Counted from the first letter of the whole stretch, positions 27,105 through 40,361 are shown. The stretch is DNA of 63,695 bases, filler included, from Reclinomonas americana ATCC 50394 (GCA_048213135.1; 12 parts of 12 records of this genome joined end to end with filler, not necessarily neighbours in it), one strand, 5' to 3'. Notes: generated by a model not told the origin, from the sequence alone. Numbers and translations are program-made.

Positions 27105-29156
27105 CTATGGAGTACCGGCGTGCTTACTTGCCGAGCTGGCTGGCGACAGTGCGCTGTCTGCAGAGGCCGCTTGCAAGTCGTCATCGTCCGTTTGCTCCTC
27201 TAATCTTAGCGGCTTCACCGTGATGACGCTCATCTCGCGGTCCCGGATGCCGCCAGCTGGCCGTCTGAATGCAGGACCGGTAGCCTCTTCAACGTCGATC
27301 GCGACCTTTTCCCGCGCAAAAACAGCCTCCTGCTCGGCGCTGTACTTTCGAGCGTGCTCGACAGACTCGGGCAGGCCGACCGTGATCAGCCAGTTGACAA
27401 CATACAGCACTCCAATTGACTGCAGAAGCGGACGGCACATGCACATGTGAGCTGGCAGCCTTGAGATAGGACAGCAATGGAAAGGAGAGAGAGTGCGCAA
27501 CGACAAAGGAGACCCACGACAAGTGGTGACGAGCGAGTACCGAGAACATGTAGCCGCCCAAAATGGGACCAACAGCACGCGTCAGTGAACTCAACGCTTG
27601 CGCCGCGCCCTGCGTGATGCCCTGCGTCACACACATGCATACATACACACAAGAGGATGAATAAAACGAGAAGGTGACGGTGGCAGCATACATTTGCTCA
27701 CCTGGCGCGTCGGATCGGTGGCGTTGGAGAGCATGGTTTGTGCAATCGGCAATGCCATCATAAAGCCGACAGCCGACATGGAGATGGTGAACGAGAGCGC
27801 CACCGCTGTGATCCACATACCACCGTACCACTGTGCGTGCCACGGGTAGGCGCTGACGGGGAACATGATACTGCTGACGGCCATCAGACACAGGCCAATG
27901 CGGTACGACATGCGCAGCTTGAACCGCCGAATGGTGCACTTGAAAAACACGAGCTGGTAGACAAAGGCAATGGCGCCGAATGCCATGAAACCCATGCCGA
28001 TGGCAAACGGAGACAGGCCAAGACCGCCCGACTCAAACGACTGAGCGCCGTACAGCGTGAATAGCAATATGATGTAACCATTCAGTGCGGCGTTGATGCA
28101 CTGCTCCGATGGCGACGAGGAATGAGAAGAGATGACAATGCGAGAGGAAGCGACCGACCTCCGACTTACCTGTGCGATGTTGACACGACGAATTACAGGG
28201 TCTTGGATGACTAGGTTGAGTCCTTGTAGGAAGCGTCTGAAAAAAGAGCACTTGGCAGCACGGGCGACTTCCTCCGGCGTTTGCGGACCGGTCAGCAATT
28301 TCTTGTTGGCCGCGATGGCGGCGCGAACAGAGGCAGGATATGTCTTTGCAGTACAAACGAGGGTTTAAGGATGTCGCGAACAGCGCGAGGGAGTGCAAGC
28401 AGAAACATGGGAATGTGGGAATACGACTCACCTCGCGGAAAAAGAAAATTAGGATACACACCGGCACCACCATAAATATGGCGGCCGTTCCACAAACGGT
28501 CAAGTACGGCGATCCAAAGAAACTCCACCGAGCCAGAATGCCACCCGCTGCAGTAACCATTGATAAGCAAAGAACGCTAAATACACAAACAGCCGATAGC
28601 ACACACCTCCCGACGAGACAGCGCGTGAAAGGGCGAATGAGGCACCAATGAGCGAAAACATAAACGCCCGATTCTCAGTCGACGTCATATCAGCGAGTGA
28701 AGACTTCGCCACGGTGAGGTTGCCAGTGAAGAGGCCGAGACACACCCGCGTTATCATGGCCATGCCAAACGTGGTCGACAAGCCAAAGCACAAGGTGGTG
28801 GCCGCTGTGACGCAAAGGCCGAGGATGAGTGGCAGCTTGCGACCGTACGTATCCGACAAATGACTGTGCACGCGCGCGGGTTCGAAACACGAGCATGGGG
28901 TTGAGTGGACACCGAATGCACACGTACACAAAAACGCACGTACCCGATCATCGACTGCGATAAGAACTGAAAGACCGAAGGCGTTCCAACCAGCATGCCC
29001 ACTTGCCAGCCAACATCGCGGTCGGGTGAGCCAAACACTTCGCGCACCATAGTTGGGAGCATAGGAGAGATGATGGTGATGGCCATGGCGTCGCTTGCCA
29101 CCGTCAGATACGTGAGAATGCTGGAGAAATGCAGATGAGGAGGCAATGAGACGAAG

Positions 29157-29214
<58 letters not shown>

Positions 29215-29811
29215 CTACACTCGCGACAATAAACACGACAACGCTCGACCAACCGAGGAGTAACNNNNNNNNNNNNNNNNNNNNNNNNNNNNNNNNNNNN
29301 NNNNNNNNTTAATTAATTAANNNNNNNNNNNNNNNNNNNNNNNNNNNNNNNNNNNNNNNNNNNNCTCCTCTGAAGCATTGACCGGCGGGTTGTTACTCCG
29401 CCTTGCCTCATGCACTGCCGACAACGACCGCAGAATGCTGCAATCACATGATTAATCAACGCGAATGTTTCCATGCAACAACACAAGGCACGCAACGTGG
29501 ACTGCGGAGGTGTGCAAGTGGACATTGTGTGTATGTGTGTGCACAAGCGACGAAGAGAAGAGCAGCGAGTGAGTGAGCAAGCAAAAACGCATGTGAGAGA
29601 GAGATGGGATCGCAACTTCCTGCTGCCGCTTTTGGTCAATGTGCGACTCACTTACAGGCGTGCTGCTGCTGCTGCTGCTGCTGCTGTCGTGCAAGAGCAG
29701 GCGACGGCGATCGTAGATGCCATCTTGCTCGTTGGCATCATCTTCACCATCATCATCATCACCAGCAGCAGCGCTGCTGATATCGTCGACAAGGGCTTTT
29801 CTCGCGTGCAT
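27105..29811 (-). CDS. Major facilitator superfamily transporter (TetA/ZIFL-like), spans gap 29265-29364
   Basis: Motif A GHLSDTYGRK, RVCLGLFTGNLTVAKSSLADMT, GGLGLSPFAIG and QGAAQALSSLTRAVGPILGG. Confidence 0.9.
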
Positions 29812-30168
29812 CACAGAATGAATGTTACCTCCTCCCAACTTGTGTGGGGTGGGGTGGTGTGTGCGCGTGCGTGGGGTATTGTGGATGCGAGAAGAAGACG
29901 CACATGACGGATCGCGACCGACGGAGTCGAGAGACGGCGATAAAGGTCACGATCATCGCATCGCGATGAAACATTGGTGTTGAAAAGAAACGCGTGGACC
30001 GCGCCAGTCAGTCGTATATGAGACGAACAAGGTTTCACGGGCAACGTGGTGTACAAAAACTGCGGACAAAGCACAATGCGTTTATCTTCAATCGCACTTC
30101 CTCGAACACATCAATATCGCTGTTCGACTTCACGCTGCGCCACCTCCGACGACACATCTCGCACATTG

Positions 30169-32275
30169 CTAACACGCAGTCGTGATGATGTTGCCCGTCG
30201 CTGGCGTGGCAACGTTGGAGACCGTGGCGTACGCACGTCCACCGGAAGCGCTTACAGCCACACTCGACATGTCAGTGTTGACAGGCCCATATTCAGCGAG
30301 CCACGTCTGGCCGCCGTCGTTGGAAGCGAAAATGGCCGGTACCGTCTTGGTGGTTGCCACCACGCGCATGCCGTCTGCACTGCAGGCCACCGACGTCCAG
30401 TTCTTCGCATCAAACATGGTTGGCGTCTGATCCCACGTTACTCCCGAGTCTCTGGAAAAGTAAATGTTGCTGGCGTCGATCGATGCATAGATCTTGCTCA
30501 TGTCGTAGCTGCAGGCCACCGCGGTCCAGTTCTTGTTACTACCAAACCGCGACGTCATCGTGGCGCCAAAGTTGAGAGTCGTGAAGATGCGAGATCCAGA
30601 TACGACAGTGACAAACTTCTGACAGTCCGCGCTGCACGCCACATCAACATACGACTTGGACATGGAACCAGCTGGAATACTCCAGGTGGTGCCAGAGTCA
30701 CTTGACACATACACTTGCGACGAGCTGCCGACTGCCACCATCTTTGAGCCGTCGGTGCTCATGGCAATTGCGGAATACGGCAGATTGCCTGCGGCTGTGT
30801 TCCGAGCCGTCCACAATCCGCCACTGTTCGTCGACACCCAAATGTTGCCACCGTTCACCACGGCAGCCATCACCGTGCCATCAGAATTCATGGCCACGTC
30901 CGTGTAGACGCGATTGCCGGCTGCGGTATTCGTCTGCGCCCATGTCACACCCGAGTCCAGTGACAGGTACAAGGTACCTCCCGAGACACTCGCAAGAACT
31001 TTTGTGCCGTCCTGACTCGTGGACACTGAGGACCACAGAAGAGTACCGGCGCTGGCGCGTGGCGTCCACGTGACGGTCGGACAGTCAGTGCGCGGTGGCG
31101 ATGGCGAGGCGAGGATGGGGACCCAGTTCGTTCCATCGCTCAGCACTTGAACGGCGTAGAACGATCGTACCTCGCTCTCGCTCAGTCCGCGATTCAATTG
31201 CGACGACACCGTCGATGTCACCACCACACTGAACAGACCGCCAGCAGTCTGGCCAGTGCACCCATTGACCACCATGTACGCCTTGCCAGACACACCCACC
31301 GCTGTCGGCAGCGTCACCGTAATCGTCGTGCTTGCCGTCGGGAAACAGGAAGTCGGTCGGACGAGAATCACAAAGTCGGATGAGGCAGCAGAGTAGTTGG
31401 CGTTCACAGAGGTCCACACCAGAGTGCTTCCTGGTGTGGACCACAGTGCCGTAGTGCCAGATGCCGTCAGCACCTGACCAACAGTACCCACTGCCAACTC
31501 TGTGGATCGACCAGATGAATTGCCAACAAGGAGCGCACCCTGCGTCAGCGGCAACGAGACACTAGCGCCTACGACAAGGCTCCCGGCTGTGCTAAGACTG
31601 CCACCTGCCACGAGACCGGATGCGCTCACCGAGCCGCCTTGCAGCGAGCCCACCGTAGTGACGCTGCCGCCGCTAATGACACCAGAAGCGCTCACCGAGC
31701 CACCAAGCAGTGAACCCGCAGTCGTCACACTGCCGCCGCTAATGACACCAGCTGAACTAACTGAAGCTCCACGCAGAGATCCCACTGTCGTCACACTGCC
31801 GCCACTGATCAAGCCGCCAGAGCTCACAGAGCCGCCTTGCAACGAACCCACAGTCGTCACACTGCCACCGCTGATCAGACCGCCAGAGCTCACCGACCCA
31901 CCAAGCAGAGCACCACCAGTGCTCACCGAGCCGCCTTGCAAGGAGCCCACAGTCGTCACACTGCCGCCGCTGATCAAGCCACCAGAGCTCACCGAGCCAC
32001 TCTCAAGAGTGCCTGCTGTCGTCACACTACCACCACTGATAATGCCAGACGAACTAACGGAACCACCACGCAGCGACCCGACGGTTGTCACACTGCCGCC
32101 ACTGACCAAGCCACCAGAGCTCACCGAGCCACCTTGCAACGAACCCACAGTTGTCACACTGCCTCCGCTGATCAAGCCACCAGAGCTCACCGAGCCACCC
32201 AGCAGCGCACCGCCAGAGCTCACCGAGCCGCCTTGCAGCGAACCCACAGTCGTCACACTGCCACCGCTGATCAAG
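30169..32275 (-). CDS. Intronless fibre/adhesin-like protein: GGSV repeat stalk, tail-fibre-like motifs, Asp-box beta-propeller (5' truncated by gap)
   Basis: ORF of >700 aa. 11-aa repeats (GGSVSSGGLIS/GGSVTTVGSLQ), GALLVG..LAVGTVGQVLT, TITVTLPTA..GKAYMVVN..SDGTNW and repeated SxDxGxTW. Confidence 0.8.
31560..32275 (-). repeat. Coding tandem repeat, 33-nt unit (11 aa), alternating subtypes
   Basis: About 20 units with mostly synonymous nucleotide divergence. Confidence 0.9.
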
Positions 32276-32401
32276 NNNNNNNNNNNNNNNNNNNNNNNNN
32301 NNNNNNNNNNNNNNNNNNNTTAATTAATTAANNNNNNNNNNNNNNNNNNNNNNNNNNNNNNNNNNNNNNNNNNNNGCTCCACACGCTCGGTCCCCTCTTC
32401 C

Positions 32402-33551
32402 ATGCGCCGCGAGGAGAAGAGAGCGTCGTACACCACTCCCGATGCTTCCGACACCGCCACTGGCGATGCGGCCGGCTCCTCTGCAGCTGCGGGCGGCGCG
32501 AACGGCCAGTTGTCGGAGGCCGCTCTTCTTGAAGCCTTCAAGACCAACCTCACCGACTTGTCGACCACCGTCGACCTGCTCATCATGATGGACTGCACTG
32601 GTGCGTTGCTGCCCTCCATCTGTCTGTCATGTCTGTTCATCCGCTCACTCTCTCTCTCTCTGGATTGCAGGCTCCATGGGTTCGTACATTGAGGCCGCGA
32701 AGGCGACCACGATCCGAATCGCCGAGCAAGTGCGCGACGACATGCCAAAGGCCACCTTCCGCTTGGCGTTTGTCGGCTATCGTGATTGTTGCGTCGCCTT
32801 TCCTTCCCCTGCCTTTCCTCCTCCTCCTCTTGCTCATCGATTTTTTTACGACGCAGACGGTGACGAGTACCTGTACACCAATTTCTCGACGGATTTCGCG
32901 CGTGTTCGTGGTCACGTGGCTGGCGCACAGGCCGCTGGCGGTGCCGATCAGTGCGAGGATGTGGCGGGCGGCTTGAAGATGGCGCTGGAGTCGTCATGGT
33001 CGAGCGAGACGCGTCTGATGTTCCATGTGGCCGACGCACCACCACACGGCTCCAAGTTCCACAACGGTGCCGGCGACAGCTACCCACGCGGTGACAAGAA
33101 CGGTCTCGATCCGCGCCAGCAGATCCGTCGCCTGGCCGAGATGGGCGTCGACTTCTACTTCATGCAGCTGAACTCGAGCACCGACAAGATGGTGGAGGTG
33201 TTCCGGAAGGCGTACGTGGCCGGCCAGCAGAGCGAGGACCAGAACTTTGGCGTGATTGCGCTGCCGGCGGTGCAGGCCGGTCAGGCCGGCACGCACCACA
33301 TGTCCAAGCTCGCCCGTGCGGCCATTGGCGAGACGGTGGACCTCGATGACGATGCGGTGGCCGACGAGGCGGGCGTCGACCGCGAGGTGTGGGAGAACAT
33401 CCGCTCCCGTAACGCGCATCAGAAGGAGCACGGCCTGTCGTCGAGCGTGGCGGCTTGCGAGGAGACGGCGGCGTATCACTTTGGCATGATGGGTGCCGTT
33501 CGCAAGTCCGCAATGCGGACGCAGACGGCGCAGATGCGATCCAAGGTGTAA
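32402..33551 (+). CDS. von Willebrand A domain protein (VwkA/alpha-kinase-associated type, no kinase domain seen)
   Basis: MIDAS DCTG|SMGS, LAFVGYRD|Y, GGADQCEDVAGGL and VADAPPHG...DSYPRGD. Two introns. Confidence 0.85.
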
Positions 33552-33708
33552 TTCCAATAGTGCGACATGTGTGTGTATCTTTAAAGTAGAGGCGAAATGA
33601 ATGCCATGTTGTACCACCATTTGAAAACCACAATCGTCGTCGCGTCCCGCCAGCAATCGTGTCCTTGATTGAGACAACACACACCGACGGTAACAGCAGC
33701 AAGGAGCC

Positions 33709-34312
33709 ATGGACTACGCAGCCGACTACTCGTCACGGCGATCGACGCGCCGTGTGAAAGAGAGAGAACCGCGCGAGGTTCATCAGCTGCACACGATGCG
33801 CGCGAGAATGCAGTTGCTGACTGACCGACGCACTTTGATGTGCACGCACGCTCAGGTCTCCTTGACTGCGCCCTTCATGCAGTTCTCGGGCCCATGTTCA
33901 CGATGGGAGCGCAAGTGGGTGGAGGTGGTGCCAGCTGATGGCTCCGCACTAACAGCGCACCCGGTGAAGCAATTGAAGTGGGTCAAAAGTGCGTTAATCA
34001 CCACACATGCATGCACACACACAGTTCATTGGTCACTGAAGTGTGTCTGTTGCTACAGAGCCAGTGGACAAGGCGGCCGCGGCTGCAGCGGCGGCGGCGG
34101 CAGCAGCAGCAGCAGCAGCCGCATCGGCAGTCAAGTCTCCACATGACAGTGGAAACACAGCGGCGGTGCGTGCACGTGTGTGCGCGATTCTCGCTCATCG
34201 CACCGCTCACACTGTGTCGCGCATCCGACAGATGTCGATGATTGGCGACATGTTTGCGCCGGTGGACGATCCCATGGCGGCCACCGAGTTGTTCCCAGAG
34301 GCGGAATTGTAG
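33709..34312 (+). CDS. BCL7-like SWI/SNF (BAF) subunit (tentative)
   Basis: SRRSTRR...FSGPCSRWERKWVEV...VKQLKWVK resembles the BCL7 N-terminal WxKKWV...KW motif. Three introns. Confidence 0.55.
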
Positions 34313-34343
34313 CGCACGCGATATGTGATTGTTTGCTGTCTCC

Positions 34344-35944
34344 TCACTGGCTGCCGTGGGCGTTCCACACGATAAGCTCGCCAGCGTCGCTCACCGACAG
34401 CAGTTCGTTGTCAGTGTCCGGCAGCGCCACCAGCTGCACGATGGACATGTTGGGCGCCGCTGTCTCTCCCATCTGCGCGCGCATCAGTGTGTGTGAGCCA
34501 CAGACCTCTCTCATCAGCACGTCTGTCACACGAACCAGCGCGCCGGTGCGAGCATCCCACAGCAGCATGCGATTGTCGTTGCCGGCACTGACGACCGTGC
34601 GATCGCCGAGCACACACAGCGCACGCACTGCGCGGGAGGAGAGTCAGTTTTGTGTTCACCATTTGACGGGGCATGTGCGACCACTCACCACCCGCGGTGT
34701 GACCGAGCATCTCGGTGTCGCCGCGGAACGGGCCACTGTCGTCGTCGGCATCGTCCGACGGGAGCGGCGTCGGATCTGTCGTCTTTGGCTCTGTCGAGTG
34801 TCGCGCTAGATGGATGCGACGGTCGGCGCCTCCACTAAGCATGGTCTCGCTGGTCACCGCCATCGAGAGAATATCGTCGGTGTGGCGTTGGCCAATCACC
34901 TGCACCTCGTCGCCAGTCGACCACCGCCACACGCGCACCGTGGCATCTGTGTGCGAGGGATTTATGAGGATGCTGGGTGTGTGTGCACAAGAGATAGCCA
35001 GTGAGACGTGCCTCCGTAGCCACTCGCAGAGAATGCGAGATCAGGAAAGTGCGGCGACACGCCCAGGGCCAGAACGGCGCGCCAGTGACCGCTGAGAACG
35101 CGACATTGCACGCCTTCCTCGAGACTCCATATTCTACAACAACAACGCACTGCATGAGAGACGCATGCAGTGCGAAGCGGTGCATGCATCGACTCACCTC
35201 ACAGTTGCATCGTACGAACCGCTGATCGCAAACTTGTCGCCGACAGTCACGGCGACGCAACTGACCAACTGCGACATTCACGCATGAGCAGCAGTGACAC
35301 GACGCAGTCACCGTTCACAACGCACACGCACCTCATCGTGGCCACGCATGCAGTGACGCCGCTTGCCACCGTCCTCCAGCGACCACACCGCCACGGCCGC
35401 ATCGTCGCCACCCGTCACCGCCACCAAGCCATCGCTCGTCACTGCACCACCACACAGTCACAACATGCACGCACACCGACACACACCAACAGAGCACACG
35501 CACCCGCCACACAGTGCACGGCGCCATCATGCCACCGCAACACCATCTCCCTCTTGCCCGTCGCCAACGCCACCACATACGTGCACCCATCGCTGGCCGC
35601 CGCCAACAACCGCCCTTCACCACGCGACGACACAGCAACGCCCAGCACGCGCGCCTGCTTGTCATCGTCGTCGCCACATCGCAGCACCAGTTGCCGCCCA
35701 CGCGCCAGCGATCGCCACAACGCCGGAGGTGGAATGCCCGGAGTTGGCGGCTCGTCAAGGTGGCGTGGGCTCACCGGAGAGAACGATCGCGGTGCTGTGA
35801 CACACAGGCGATCAGCACAAGAGCAGCAGCAAAAGAGGATGAGTGGTGGTACCATCGGTCGGGTCATCGGCATACGCAGGGACCACGGGAGTCAACGCTC
35901 GCGGAGACACTGCATGCATCGTCCCACAGTGAGTCGCCTGCCAT
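34344..35944 (-). CDS. WD40 repeat protein
   Basis: HDGAVHCVA..TGGDDAAVAVW, GHDE..SGSYDATVRIW, GHWRAV..DATVRVW and SAGNDNRMLLWD. Start approximate. Confidence 0.85.
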
Positions 35945-36182
35945 GGAACAAAGAGAAAGAGAGAGAGAGACACAAACCGTCACTGGCCACCACTGCAGCT
36001 GCTTCGGACAAAGGAGATGAGCATAACGAAAAGACACACAAGCGCGAGGCCGAAAACGCAACGAGGATCGACAGACGGACTGGTCGCCGAAGCCGCAGCA
36101 CTTGCGCCACAACCCATGGAGAAGAGTGAGAGTCGCGTCGCAAGGAGTGAAAATTCACTCGTCTACTCTCACAGTCACACAT

Positions 36183-37323
36183 ATGACCTCGGGCGAGCAC
36201 GCGATCCGCGCTGTGTTCGAGGTGGAGCTGCGGCCGGACGCCGACGCCGACAATGACTACACGCACGCGGGGTCACCGGGGCTGCGCGGCAGGAGACTTG
36301 CGCGCTCGGGGAGTCTCAAACAAATGATACAACAGCAACAGCAACCAGTAGCGCAGCAGCAGCAGCAAAAGACACGCAAGCCGGCGTGGTTTGCCAAGAG
36401 CAGTGCCAAGGCGGCTGCGGCGGGTCCACCAGTGCTGCTGCTGGGCTTGCTCAGTGGTGTCGGGTCATCGCCATTGATCAGCAGCAACAAGACGCCCTCT
36501 GCGCAACAACAACAGTCACAGCCACAGCCACAAGCACGTGCGCTAATGCCCGCTGATGGTTTGTCTATGTGCAAGTCAGTGGCGTGGCGTGACTGCTAAT
36601 AACTGACTTTATCTATAATATGTGATATCAAATCGATACAGACGACCGCGATCATCTCATTCACCGCGTGCGTCGCATGCACCGCGTGCACCGTGCCACG
36701 CCACCGCCATTGTCCCCGCCTGCGTCGTCATTGTCCGCGTTGCCGGATGTCATTGGCGTGAGCAGCAGCAGCAGCAGCACAACGCCCACCAATGGCGTCG
36801 GATCGCCGACGCGCGTGCGGGCGTCGACAGAGGGCGTTGCTGGTGGCAGTGGCAGTGGAGGGGAGAAGAAGAAGCTGCGCGACTTGCAGGAGTTCATTGG
36901 AGCCACATCGTCGCACTTGTCGTCGTCGCCGGTGGGCAGCAAGGCGTTGGAGAGGGCACCGGCGGCCTCGAGGCAGCGTGAGCCGCATGAGGTGGTGGAG
37001 GGCGGGTTTGTGTCGCATGATGCGGCGCTCGGACAGTTTCTGTTTCAGAAGATGGAGCAGAGAAGGTGTGGTTTGGTTGGTTTGCTGTCGAGGTTGTCGC
37101 GGTGAATTGAAGGTTTTCCGTCGGTGCAGGAGTCGACCCGGTCGCAAGTCACCCACGCATGGTCATGCCAACGATGCCATGAGTCCCAGTGGATCACGTT
37201 GCGTTTCTTGACTCACTCTGGTCCTCGATACATGGGCCCTCATTGCGTGTCACTGCTGTAGTATACGAGGCACGACGTGCCTCTGCCGCCAAGTCACCCG
37301 CTGCTGGTGGTGGCGCGCGCTAA
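36183..37323 (+). CDS. Low-complexity Gln/Ser-rich hypothetical protein
   Basis: Four exons join in frame through GT-AG introns, stop at 37321-37323. No recognisable domain. Confidence 0.5.
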
Positions 37324-37455
37324 CTAGCGAGCCTGCCAGCCAGCATACACCTGTTTTGCCTGTCTGTCGTAAGAATAATGCAGACTATATGTTGTTGTTG
37401 TTGTTGTGTACACTGTGGTGGCCTCGAGCCTCTCCGTTGCACTGCCAGAGTCTCG

Positions 37456-38171
37456 TCACAGATCGTTGGCGGCGATGAAATCTGCATAGTCGACCCTGCC
37501 GTCGGCGTTCTTGGTCGCCGCAGCAATCATCTGTCGGCCACACGGCGGTGTCAGCGACCACATCCACCAGCTGCTGCAACGAGATGATCCACTCACCTCG
37601 TCGATTTTCTCCGCCGGCACCACCTCCTCGCCCAGCTCCGTCAGCACCAGTCGCAGCTCGTCGACACTCACAAACCCAGAGCCCTCCGGGTCGAACTGCT
37701 CAAACATGCCTAGTGCTGTGGTCTGCTCAAACTGCGCACGATCCATCAGCACCACTCACGAGGAGAAACATAAGAGCTCATGTTGTGTGTGCAACTGGCA
37801 TGTGCAGCTCCATGAACTCGACAAATGTGGACAGACTGATCAACCCGGTGCCTTCGCTGTCCAGCTCCGCCAGCATCATCTGCAGATCGTCCTCAGAGGG
37901 ATCCTCGCCTGGATCACACAAATGCGCGCGAAATCAGTGATCACATGTGCGTCTTGTCTCTCTCTCTCTCTTCTCCCCATGAGCGTGCGTGTTCGCACCA
38001 GCAGCTCGCAGCACCAACTCGAGGTCTCGTGCGGCAATCGTGCCTGACTCGTCGCGATCGTACGCCCTGAAGGCCAAGATCAACTCCTCCATTGATGTCT
38101 GTGTGTGTGCGAGTGCGGCATCGATGAGGGAGAGAGGCGCAACGACACGTGCGCACGCACTCACAAACCAT
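37456..38171 (-). CDS. Calmodulin/myosin light chain-like EF-hand protein
   Basis: AFRAYDRDESGTI, LDSEGTGLISLSTF, FDPEGSGFVSVDEL and NADGRVDYADF. First coding exon is probably ATG only. Confidence 0.88.
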
Positions 38172-38277
38172 GATCAGCGCGCGTGCTCACGAGAACACTG
38201 AAACGAGAAACTGACAGGACCGATCGCTTCTTGTTTTATGAGGTCGACGTTTGCCTTCTTATCTCTCTCCTCCTCTC

Positions 38278-39194
38278 TCAGTCATCGATGTTATTGTAGC
38301 GGTACGGATGGAACTCACTGGGGTTGAGGTTGAACGGGTACGGAATCACACTGCGGAAGGCGTGGTGAGGACCGTCGTTGTGGCATCCGGGCTCCTGATA
38401 TCCGTAATATGAATTCTGCGCGGCGTCGGCCTGCTCACGGTTGGTCAGCTGTACATGCGTGCATGCGCGTGAACACGAGCCCGCTTACGCAACCCATCCG
38501 TCAAAGAGGACCACATGATCGCTCGGGTTGAGCAGCACGTCGCCCGGACGCAGCTCGGCCTTGCTAATTGGGTGCGAGACTTCCGGCAGATGCCCGGTGT
38601 TGTATCCGTATGGGAGACCCCACGCAAAGCTCACATAGCCGGAGCAATCGCAGCGGTACGTGCCGCAGTACGGGCATGAGCCGCAGCACTCAGCAGGGCC
38701 GTTGCCTGATCGACAGCAACGTGAAAATTAGCAAGTGTCCACCACCACGACAGAAGAGGGGGCTGCCTGCGCAACATTGGCAGTACGGGATGGCGCGAGA
38801 GACCCACTCTTCGGCTCGCTGCAGCACTTCGCCACGGGTGATGCGCAGCAGACGTGTGGTACCATTCTGTCGAGAATTCGAAGGCGATGTGAACACGCAT
38901 TTGTGAGAAGTTGCGCGCAGCGTGTGTGGGTGGGTGGGTGGGTGGGTGGGGGTGCATGCCACGCAAGCGAACCATAGCAGTGGCCAGATCGAAGCGCACG
39001 TTGCCCCACGGATTGTCGCATTCTCCTTGCACCACCGCCGGTCTCTTCACTTCCTTCTCCTCCGTCTCCGCGCTGGTCATGTCGAGAAGCGTCGCCACAA
39101 GCGAATCCTCCGCAGCAGCCGACGAGGCTCCGTCGACAGCAGCGCCCATTGCAAGCACCGCCACCAGCAGTACGACGAGGAGAACAGCGCGCAT
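38278..39194 (-). CDS. Secreted NlpC/P60 cysteine peptidase, copy A
   Basis: Signal peptide, then ITRGEVLQRAEEWV..IPY, YRCDCSGYVSFAWGL and ELRPGDVLLN..DHVVLFDGW. Three introns. Confidence 0.88.
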
Positions 39195-39374
39195 GAGAAT
39201 GAGCAGGGAGAGAAGAACAACCGATCCGACGGACGGCACCGAGGCACCAATCGAAGCAAAGCTGTGCACGTAAGTGACTACACAGAGAGCGACCATTCAT
39301 TCAATTCACCTGCTGCTGCGGGCTCGCCACTGTTGCCAATACACAACGCTGTTTCCCACCTATCCCCCAACAAC

Positions 39375-40269
39375 TCAGTCATCAATGTGGTTGTAGCGAT
39401 ACGGGTGGAACTCGCTGGCGTTGACATTGAACGGGTACGGAATCACGCTGCGGTAGGCGTGGTGCGGTCCGTTGTTGTGGCAGCCAGGCTCCTGGTATCC
39501 ATAGTACGAATTCTTTGCATTGTCGGCCTGCCAGTAGTGACAAAAGTGATAAGCCAAGGGAAAATAAAAGGCAGCGCTGTGGGAAGAATACAGAGACGCA
39601 ACCCATCCGTCAAAGAGAACCACATGCTCGCCCGTGTTGAGCAGCACATCGCCCGGACGCAGCTCGGCCTTGCTAATGGCGTGCGACACCTTTGGCAGCG
39701 TCTCGGTGGTGTACCCGTACGGGAGGCCCCACGAGAAGCTCACATAGCCGGAGCAGTCGCAGCGGTAGGTGCTGCAGTAGGGGCACGTGCCGCAGCACTC
39801 CTTGGGGCCATTGCCTGTGAGGTTGGGTGGGGAGTTAGACATGCGATGGAACCCGATTGTGGTGTGCGCAACATTGGCAGTAGGGAATGGCGCGGGAGAC
39901 CCACTCTTCGGCACGCTGGAGCACTTCGCCACGGGTGATGCGCAGCAGACGAGTGGTTCCATTCTACATGTGCACGAGTGAGTGAATGTGCGAGAACAAT
40001 GTGCGATTGATTGATCGTACCATGGCAGTGGCGAGGTCGAAGCGCGCGTTGCCCCATGGGTTGTCGCACTCGGCCTGCTCCGCGGGCTTCTTCACTTGCT
40101 CCTTGCTCTCCTCCTCCTCCTCCTCCTCATCAAACGACACACTTGTCATGTCGAGCAGGGTCGCCACGTACGATTTATCCGCGCTCGCAACAGGCTTCTC
40201 CTCCTCCACCGCCACAGCAGCCACCGCAGTGAACAGCACCACCAACACAACGACGAGAACCACGCGCAT
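39375..40269 (-). CDS. Secreted NlpC/P60 cysteine peptidase, copy B (tandem paralogue)
   Basis: Same motifs and same three intron positions as copy A, with divergent intron sequences. Confidence 0.88.
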
Positions 40270-40361
40270 GCCGATTGAAGTTACGTGGTGTTTCATCGGA
40301 TTGATCCGTGCGCGCGCGTCGACATCGACTTCCACTCTTGTGCTTGTGTGAGCGGGTGGAG

